A program made the position numbers and the translations under genes. The notes below the pieces were generated by a model that searched no databases, was not told the origin of the DNA, and was given only the letters and a program-made list of their open reading frames with translations. 64,000 nucleotides of DNA from positions 3,371-67,370 of the forward strand of contig DAOSWS010000013.1 in the NCBI GenBank assembly GCA_035593605.1, read 5' to 3'. Source of the stretch: Thermoanaerobaculia bacterium (GTDB lineage: Bacteria > Acidobacteriota > Thermoanaerobaculia > UBA2201 > DAOSWS01). Each line of letters begins with the position of its first letter. The first letter of the stretch is position 1. Shown piece by piece: positions 57,576 to 64,000 of this stretch.

Positions 57576-60500
57576 GGGCGGACAAAACGCACGGCGTCGG
57601 CAATAACGACCTTGCCTGACGGAGCGTCATCGGACACCGAAATGGAAACGGATTCGGGGTTCAGGATCCAGGAGCCCAGGTAGACCCACTGGCTCCCGTT
57701 CTGGCTCTGATCGACGAGTACGGTTTCGGGACCGTCGGCGGTCACTACGGTATATGGAGCCACAGTCGTCCGGTTGGTACCGGATCGATACCATACATAG
57801 ATGTCGTAGAGGTCCCTCTCCCAGAGAATGGGAATCCATCGGGCATAATCGGCGCCGGTGCCACCCGTGGACTGCCAGGCGTAGTCCCCGTCGTACCCTT
57901 CCGAATGGTAGGAAAGGCTCCAGGTTCCGGTAAAGTTGGCCTGATCCTCATCCATGATGACCTCAGTCGGTAATTCGGGTACGGCCCGGAGACCGTCAGC
58001 CACGATGAAGGAGACGGCCGGACAGTCCAGGTCGGAGAGAGTCACCTCACTTGCAGGGGAGGAAAGATCATACGCTCCCACGGGCACCCAGAGACCTCCG
58101 TTCGAGGTCAGGTCCACAGAGGCAAGAACGGGACCTCCCGATGTCTGGATCAAGTAGGGAACCGCATTGCATTGATCCGCCGAAGCCGGGTGCCATAGGT
58201 AGAGGGTGTAGGGTCCGTCGCAGATGTTTGAAAGGCGATATCGAGCCGTTACGTCACCCGCTCCGGCAGAAGTAATTCGATGGCAGGCAGAGCCGTAAAC
58301 ATCGGGCTGAGTCGAACTTTCGGACCACGTCCCGGTATACACGGCATCAGGGTCATCCAGGGTCTGCTCCGGGCATAGGTAGGCCCGGTTTCCGGAATTG
58401 TCCACGGGGCTGGCCCGGTAATAGTAGGAAATTCCATCCGTGAGAACATCGTCGTCATAGCTTGTGGCCAGTCCCACATCGTAAGGGGCAAGACCGCTCG
58501 GGCCCGTTCCGCGCCAGATGTCGGAATGGTCGATCACCTCCGGATGATCCAGGACATCCTCCGTAACGGGATCCCAGGACAGGTGAACCTTTCCTCCCGT
58601 CTTGTCGGCCCGGAGCGATTGAACCGTTCTCGGGCGGATCGAGTCTCCGGGCGTGAAGGTGACGGAGAGATCGTACGAGCCTGCGGACGGTCCATCGACG
58701 ACCAGCAGGTAAGTCCCGGCGGGCAGGCCGGAAAGCGTCAGAGAGCTGTCAGCCCACCCCTGGCACGTGTAAGGATCGCAGGTTTGAAGAAGGTAAAGAT
58801 CCAATGGATCCGATGGGGTAAGGGTCGCCTGGAGGGTTCCCATGGATGAAAGGGTGAATTCGTAAACCCGCTCGGGTCCTGACAGGTCCCGGGTCGAGGC
58901 GCAGTTGACCGTGTCCAGGAACTGATCACCCCCTGAGGTGGATCCGGAACGCGTCGCGGGTAAGGGATCGAAAATGTAGGGATCGTCACAGGTTCCCGCG
59001 ACGGGAGGAACTACGGACAGCACGCCGGTGTCGGTCCGGGAAATCAAGGCCAGGTCGTCCCCGGTAATCGCACCGTTCTCATCGGTGTCGAGCCAGAGGG
59101 AGGTGATGAGATCGTAGGAGCCTTCCGGCGTTCCCGCCGGGACGGCAAAGGGACGGCTGGTGGACTGGAGCCCCGGAACGAGGGAAACGGCCGTATCTCC
59201 GGGAGGATCGCTGATGTACCCGGTGGACGGGGAATAGATGCTGGCCCCGATCAGGATCCAGTCATGGGAGAGATCGGCCAGGTTGTCGGCCGAGGCCTGG
59301 ATCGTGAAGGAGCTTCCCGCTTCCACTTCCGAGGGATTTGGGGCGGCCGAAGGAAGTTCGAAGGGGGCGGTCATCTGCGCAGTACGGTATCCCGTGCCGG
59401 AGCCGCTGGCGTTGTAATAGTGGTTGGTGATCCAGTTGAAGAGACGGCCGCCGGTGAGAGCCCAGCGCTGGGTTCCCCATTGACACATCCCCCGTCCGTG
59501 CCCGAAACAGCCGTGGCCCGCGCAGAGGGAGTCGGAGAGGCAGGGCCAGGATGTCGAAGGGCTTCCCGCATAGCCGTCTCCGCAGGATAAGTCGCCGTTG
59601 GAGCAGTTCAGACCGTCATTCGGGTCATCCCATGCGTTGTTTTCTGCAGAGTATTCCGACCGGAACGTCAACCCGCCCCGCTGGAGGAGGATCCCGGCCG
59701 TTCTGGCTCCCGCCGTATTGGTGGATGTGGCGGTATCGGTATCGTAGACCTGACAGCAGGTGGTGCTGCAGATGTCATAGGTTCCGGAAATCGGATGCTC
59801 CACGTAGTAGGCACCATAGGAGCGGTAAGCCACGGCACCCGATCGGAGGGAGTGCTGGGACCAGGAGGAGATCCACTCGTCGTTGAGGCCCCGCTGAACG
59901 TAGGTTTCCATGGAGACGACATCGACGGAGGCGCAGGAGGTACAGGAGCATGAAGTCCCCACCCGGATCGTGGAGGGCGGATCCTTGGAAATGAGCAGGG
60001 GAGCCATGCCGGAACTTCGGGATACCGGTGTGTACAACGGAAAAGCAGGCTGTCTTTGTATTTTCTCAGGTGAGGGCGGAATCTGACCCTCTTCCTGGTC
60101 CTGAAGAGGCGCCAGAAATTTATGGTCCAGGATATCTGCGGAGTACGGTCCTACAGGATGGAGATCCAGGAGAAACCGGGTGGTTCCGGCTGCAGGAAGG
60201 AAGGTTCGCTCCAGTGATGCGTACCCTTCAAGCCGGACACGCAGGGTAAGGGTCGGGAAAGCTCGATCTGATTCAAGAGTTTCCGCCGGGACATAGAGTG
60301 AAAAGATTCCTTCCGGACCGGTCTGCATGGAGATCCCGTACTCTTCCACCTCGACTGTGGCCCCGGAGAGCGCCTTCAGGGTCCTGTCATCCATGACCCG
60401 GCCGCAGAGGAAGGCCTGGTCGTCAACACCGGTTTCGATTTCCGGAAAGTAAGTACGATAGGGTTCGACCGGGTCCAGCCAGAAGGTCACGGGAAGATCT

Positions 60501-60775
60501 TCTTCCTTTTCACAAAGGAATTCGGCTCCGAGACTCTTATATCCGACCGATTCGATTCGAAGGGTGAAAGGGGAATGTTCCGGTTCCACCTGCAAAATGC
60601 CCGTATCCGTTTCGTACTCCTGCAATCCATTCACAAGCACACGGGCCGGAAGGCCTTCTCCCGTATGGGCGTCACGGATCTTCAGATCCATTCCCCCGAT
60701 GAGGATTGAGGGAAGAAGAGAGAAGAGAATCGACCCGAAAAGAAGAAACCATCTCATCTCTCTCATTATAGACAA
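57572..60775 (-). CDS. Secreted SpoIID/LytB-domain protein with carboxypeptidase-regulatory-like, pre-peptidase-C-like and two golvesin-C-like domains
   Basis: 1067 aa with a signal peptide. SpoIID/LytB block (...AVAYRSY......CSTTCCQVY......AGILLQ). Two domains ending in FIVADGLRAV and VVIADAVRFV. Confidence 0.55.
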   Translation of the reverse strand: MSIMREMRWFLLFGSILFSLLPSILIGGMDLKIRDAHTGEGLPARVLVNGLQEYETDTGILQVEPEHSPFTLRIESVGYKSLGAEFLCEKEEDLPVTFWLDPVEPYRTYFPEIETGVDDQAFLCGRVMDDRTLKALSGATVEVEEYGISMQTGPEGIFSLYVPAETLESDRAFPTLTLRVRLEGYASLERTFLPAAGTTRFLLDLHPVGPYSADILDHKFLAPLQDQEEGQIPPSPEKIQRQPAFPLYTPVSRSSGMAPLLISKDPPSTIRVGTSCSCTSCASVDVVSMETYVQRGLNDEWISSWSQHSLRSGAVAYRSYGAYYVEHPISGTYDICSTTCCQVYDTDTATSTNTAGARTAGILLQRGGLTFRSEYSAENNAWDDPNDGLNCSNGDLSCGDGYAGSPSTSWPCLSDSLCAGHGCFGHGRGMCQWGTQRWALTGGRLFNWITNHYYNASGSGTGYRTAQMTAPFELPSAAPNPSEVEAGSSFTIQASADNLADLSHDWILIGASIYSPSTGYISDPPGDTAVSLVPGLQSTSRPFAVPAGTPEGSYDLITSLWLDTDENGAITGDDLALISRTDTGVLSVVPPVAGTCDDPYIFDPLPATRSGSTSGGDQFLDTVNCASTRDLSGPERVYEFTLSSMGTLQATLTPSDPLDLYLLQTCDPYTCQGWADSSLTLSGLPAGTYLLVVDGPSAGSYDLSVTFTPGDSIRPRTVQSLRADKTGGKVHLSWDPVTEDVLDHPEVIDHSDIWRGTGPSGLAPYDVGLATSYDDDVLTDGISYYYRASPVDNSGNRAYLCPEQTLDDPDAVYTGTWSESSTQPDVYGSACHRITSAGAGDVTARYRLSNICDGPYTLYLWHPASADQCNAVPYLIQTSGGPVLASVDLTSNGGLWVPVGAYDLSSPASEVTLSDLDCPAVSFIVADGLRAVPELPTEVIMDEDQANFTGTWSLSYHSEGYDGDYAWQSTGGTGADYARWIPILWERDLYDIYVWYRSGTNRTTVAPYTVVTADGPETVLVDQSQNGSQWVYLGSWILNPESVSISVSDDAPSGKVVIADAVRFVRP

Positions 60776-60818
60776 TCTTCAGGGATAGAGTTCAACGGTC
60801 AATCGATAGACGAACCGC

Positions 60819-62921
60819 GTGCTACAATGGGGCTCGATGATCAATCCGACGAGCATGATTCTCGCCACTCACATGGCCCAGGCCCTGGAATCGATCATCA
60901 TCGCTCTGGTCCTTGCGGGACTCTATCGAACCTACAATCGAAACTTCCTTCTCCAGTGGTCCAGAAGCTGGTGGGCCGTTTCCATCTACCTCTTTGGAAG
61001 CTGTGCGGGTCTCCTCTACTATCAGATGCAGGTTTCCATTGAGTCGCAGGGTCGCCTGGCCATCAGCGCCATCTCTCTTGCCGCGGCCTACCTCCATGTA
61101 GCGTGGCTGCTTTTCGGAATGCGGGAGATTGCAAGCGGAACGGTTGTTCCCCGGCCCCGGATGATCCGGGTCCTTGTGATCTTCTCCCTTGCGGGTATTG
61201 CCTCCACCTTCATCTTTCCCTTCGATCCTTCCATGGAGTTTGTCCGTTTCTTCGTCCGGGTCGGCGTGCGGTCCCTCGTGGCGGGCATTGCCTTCGTTGT
61301 GTCAGGTGTCGTCATGTGGCGTCAGAGGGTCCAATCGGCCAGGATCGGCTACCTTTTCATCAGCGGATCCTTCGTTGTTTACGGCATGGAGCAGTTTCTC
61401 TACTTCGTTACCACCCTGGGGCAGCTTGCGGGACAACCCTATCCCCGCTATGCCCTTTACCTTGGATATGTCGATTTTCTTCTCTATATGTTCATGGGAA
61501 TCAGCATGGTTCTCTGGTTTCTGGAAGAAGCACAGGCCAGGGTCGTCGACGCGACCGAAAAGATTCAGCACATGGCCTACCATGATCCTCTGACCGGTCT
61601 CCCCAACCGACACCTTTACGTGGACCGTCTCTCCCAGGCCCTGGCTCATGCCTTCCGGGAGCGCGAAAAGGTGGCCGTTCTCTACCTCGACCTGGACCGG
61701 TTCAAGACCATTAACAATACCCTCGGATACGCATTCGGGGATGAGCTCCTGCGCTCTGCGGCCGAACGTCTGAAGCAATGCATTCGGGATGGGGATACCG
61801 TTGCCAAGTTCGGGGGTGACGAATTCGGTCTGATCGTGACCGGTCTTCATGAAACCTCCGCCGTCGATACCGTGACGCAAAAGATTCTGGCGTCTCTCCG
61901 TCAGCCCTACCACCTCCAGAACCGGGAAGTCTACATCACCACCAGCATCGGCGTGAGCCTCTTTAACGATCACGGGTACTATCCCGACGATCTCCTGGAT
62001 GGCGCACACAGCGCGGTCTTTGAAGCCAAGAAAAGGGGACGGGATCGTGCCGTGCTCTACGATCCGGTCATGCGGGTGGAGGACTCGGAGCACCTGTCGA
62101 TGGAGGGTGACCTTCGGAAGGCGATGGCTTCGGACCAGATCGTTCTCCATTATCAGCCCCTTCTGGACTTGAAAACTGGAAAGATCCGCGGATTGGAAGC
62201 CCTGGTACGCTGGGAGCATCCCACCATGGGGCTTCTCTACCCGGCCGAGTTTCTCTCCCTGGCGGAAACAATCGGGATCGGGGATGAACTCAACCTCCGG
62301 GTTCTTCGAAAAGCCGTACAACAGGTAAAGGAATGGCATAACAGGGGGATGAAGGACCTCTTTATCGCAATCAACCTTGTGGCCCGACTCTTTCAGCACC
62401 CCAGCCTTGTGGAGGAGGTTCGCTCTCTTCTGGGAAAGGCCGGGATCCCTCCGGAAAATCTTCACCTGGAGGTCACCGAGACGGTGGCCATTCAAAACCC
62501 GGATGCAAGCCGTGAGGTACTGAACAGTCTGCACGACCTGGGTGTCAATATCTCCATCGACGATTTTGGTACGGGGTATTCAGCCCTGAGCTATTTGCGC
62601 AACTTCCCCATTGATACCCTGAAGATCGATCAATCCTTTATCCAGAGCATGCCCTTTGATACCGTGGCTGTTTCGATCCTGGAGGCGATCATCGCGATGG
62701 CCCACAGCATGGATCTGGTGGTTGTGGCGGAGGGAGTGGAAACGGAAGCCCAGAAAAGCCTTCTGGCAAAGAAGGATTGCGATCTCATGCAGGGCTTTCT
62801 CTTTTCACGGGCAGTTCCGCCTCAGGAATGTGACCTTCTGCTGGAGGAGCACTACGCGCCTGTAGTTCCTGGAAAACAGGCCGGAAACAAAAAAAGAGCC
62901 GTCTCGGATCAGACGTTCTAA
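60819..62921 (+). CDS. Membrane-anchored GGDEF-EAL (diguanylate cyclase/phosphodiesterase) signalling protein
   Basis: 700 aa. N-terminal about 7 TM helices, a GGDEF domain (RFGGDEFGL) and an EAL domain (EALVRWEHP, DDFGTGYS, QGF). Confidence 0.85.
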   Translation: MLQWGSMINPTSMILATHMAQALESIIIALVLAGLYRTYNRNFLLQWSRSWWAVSIYLFGSCAGLLYYQMQVSIESQGRLAISAISLAAAYLHVAWLLFGMREIASGTVVPRPRMIRVLVIFSLAGIASTFIFPFDPSMEFVRFFVRVGVRSLVAGIAFVVSGVVMWRQRVQSARIGYLFISGSFVVYGMEQFLYFVTTLGQLAGQPYPRYALYLGYVDFLLYMFMGISMVLWFLEEAQARVVDATEKIQHMAYHDPLTGLPNRHLYVDRLSQALAHAFREREKVAVLYLDLDRFKTINNTLGYAFGDELLRSAAERLKQCIRDGDTVAKFGGDEFGLIVTGLHETSAVDTVTQKILASLRQPYHLQNREVYITTSIGVSLFNDHGYYPDDLLDGAHSAVFEAKKRGRDRAVLYDPVMRVEDSEHLSMEGDLRKAMASDQIVLHYQPLLDLKTGKIRGLEALVRWEHPTMGLLYPAEFLSLAETIGIGDELNLRVLRKAVQQVKEWHNRGMKDLFIAINLVARLFQHPSLVEEVRSLLGKAGIPPENLHLEVTETVAIQNPDASREVLNSLHDLGVNISIDDFGTGYSALSYLRNFPIDTLKIDQSFIQSMPFDTVAVSILEAIIAMAHSMDLVVVAEGVETEAQKSLLAKKDCDLMQGFLFSRAVPPQECDLLLEEHYAPVVPGKQAGNKKRAVSDQTF

Positions 62922-64000
62922 CGGTTCACCATGTGGATGGCCTGGTTCAGGGCCGCTTCCACCGATTCCAGAAGACCTTCGGACAGGGTTGGGTGGGGGT
63001 GGATCGTTCCGGCCAGATCATCCAGGAATGCTCCCATTTCAATGGCAAGAGCCGCCTCGGAAACCAGTTCAGATGCACTGGATCCCACGATCACAACTCC
63101 AAGGATCGCCTTGGTTTCCGCTTCAGCGATCGTCTTGACAAACCCTTCGGGCTGGTTGAGGGTCAGTGCCCTGCCGGAAGCCCGGAAGGGAAAGGTGCCG
63201 GTCACAATGTTGAGACCCTTTGCCCTCGCCTCTTTCTCGGTCAGTCCCGCCCAGGCGATTTCCGGGTCGGTGTATACGACTGCGGGAATTACGACGTTAT
63301 CAAAGGCACTCGGCTCCCCGGCAATCACTTCCGCAGCGACTTTGGCTTCGCGGTAGGCCTTGTGGGCAAGGAGGGGACCCCCGATGACATCTCCGATGGC
63401 ATAGATGCCAGGTGACGAACTCTCCATTCTATCGCTGACAGTAATGAACCCCTTTTCATCCGTATTTACACCAATGGTTTCGAGGTTTAGATCCTTTGAA
63501 TTCGGGTTTCTCCCGATACTGACGAGAATGGTGTCGGCTTCCAGGACAACTTCCTTTCCGTCGGGATCCACGATGAATACCCGGGAAGGATCTCCCTTTT
63601 CAAAGCGATCCGCCCTGTGGCCCAGGTAGAGATCCATTCCCAGAGCCTCAAGGCGTTTTCCAATGGAAGCAACCACGTCGTCATCCTGCTGGGGAAGAAG
63701 GTCGGGGAGAAATTCCACGACGGAAACCTCGGCACCGAACTTCTTGTACACCATGCCAAGTTCCAGGCCGACATAGCCCGCTCCAATGATCACCAGGCGT
63801 CGGGGAACTTCCTTCAGGGAGAGAGCCTCTTTCGATCCGATCACCGTTTCCCCGTCCAGGGGAAAGTTTTTCAGCGGCATCGGTGAGCTTCCCGTTGCAA
63901 TGACGGCTTCTTCAAAATCGATGGAGACGGTTCCCGATGAGGTTTCAACCGAGAGGGAACGATCCGAGGCGAAAGAGGCCTTTCCGTGGATGATCTCCAC
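62918..64000 (-). CDS. lpdA: Dihydrolipoyl dehydrogenase (E3), C-terminal approx. 360 codons; N-terminus lies beyond the window
   Basis: Pyridine-nucleotide-disulfide oxidoreductase NAD-binding and dimerisation domains. C-terminal HAHPTLSE motif. Confidence 0.8.
   Translation of the reverse strand: MEIIHGKASFASDRSLSVETSSGTVSIDFEEAVIATGSSPMPLKNFPLDGETVIGSKEALSLKEVPRRLVIIGAGYVGLELGMVYKKFGAEVSVVEFLPDLLPQQDDDVVASIGKRLEALGMDLYLGHRADRFEKGDPSRVFIVDPDGKEVVLEADTILVSIGRNPNSKDLNLETIGVNTDEKGFITVSDRMESSSPGIYAIGDVIGGPLLAHKAYREAKVAAEVIAGEPSAFDNVVIPAVVYTDPEIAWAGLTEKEARAKGLNIVTGTFPFRASGRALTLNQPEGFVKTIAEAETKAILGVVIVGSSASELVSEAALAIEMGAFLDDLAGTIHPHPTLSEGLLESVEAALNQAIHMVNR

Overview
This is a 64 kb, roughly 58-60% GC bacterial chromosomal segment with about 50 supportable genes on both strands. 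It is not plasmid- or phage-like: no transposase or integrase ORFs, no IS elements and no CRISPR array were seen.

Contents in order:
- tRNA-Phe(GAA) on the minus strand.
- A six-gene plus-strand operon: kdsC, an LpxL-type lipid A acyltransferase, a ParB-like nuclease-domain protein, an SPL/SplB-family radical SAM protein, a PNP/MTA-nucleosidase-family protein, and a STAS anti-sigma antagonist.
- The STAS gene's 3' end overlaps an antisense tRNA-Leu(CAG).
- RNase R.
- Several small or hypothetical genes and a MATE exporter.
- A PpsA/RPH-like PEP-utilising enzyme.
- A sucrose cluster on the minus strand: sucrose synthase, bifunctional SPS/SPP, fructokinase and a coupled 70-aa ORF.
- An AT-rich islet carrying hsp20 with a clean terminator and an 18-bp palindrome.
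- A Cus/Czc-type heavy-metal RND operon (TolC, CusB with two HMBD repeats, CusA, DUF3347), preceded by a Cys/His-rich small secreted protein and a ferredoxin-domain protein, with a nested palindromic operator upstream.
- A 1486-aa FN3/lamin-tail-domain secreted protein carrying a recent 1047-bp intragenic tandem duplication.
- A CaCA antiporter.
- A 1315-aa Amidase_3 protein with two golvesin-like domains.
- A zf-TFIIB protein and a CPBP protease.
- DUF1579, LeuC-like and SSS-symporter genes.
- A beta-helix secreted protein.
- Two tandem, compositionally AT-shifted Kelch-like secreted paralogs that share an identical 33-bp 3' end containing a 12-bp palindrome, lying directly downstream of a radical SAM/SPASM enzyme. 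This is the most interesting candidate for an undescribed system.
- A split biotin carboxylase / BCCP pair and an enoyl-CoA hydratase.
- A C25 gingipain-like peptidase.
- A 1081-aa ELWxxDGT-repeat / TSP3 protein.
- Ferritin-like and C_GCAxxG_C_C proteins.
- A 1067-aa SpoIID/LytB protein with two golvesin-like domains.
- A membrane GGDEF-EAL protein.
- The 3' part of lpdA.

All family assignments come from motif recognition by eye. No database searches were run.
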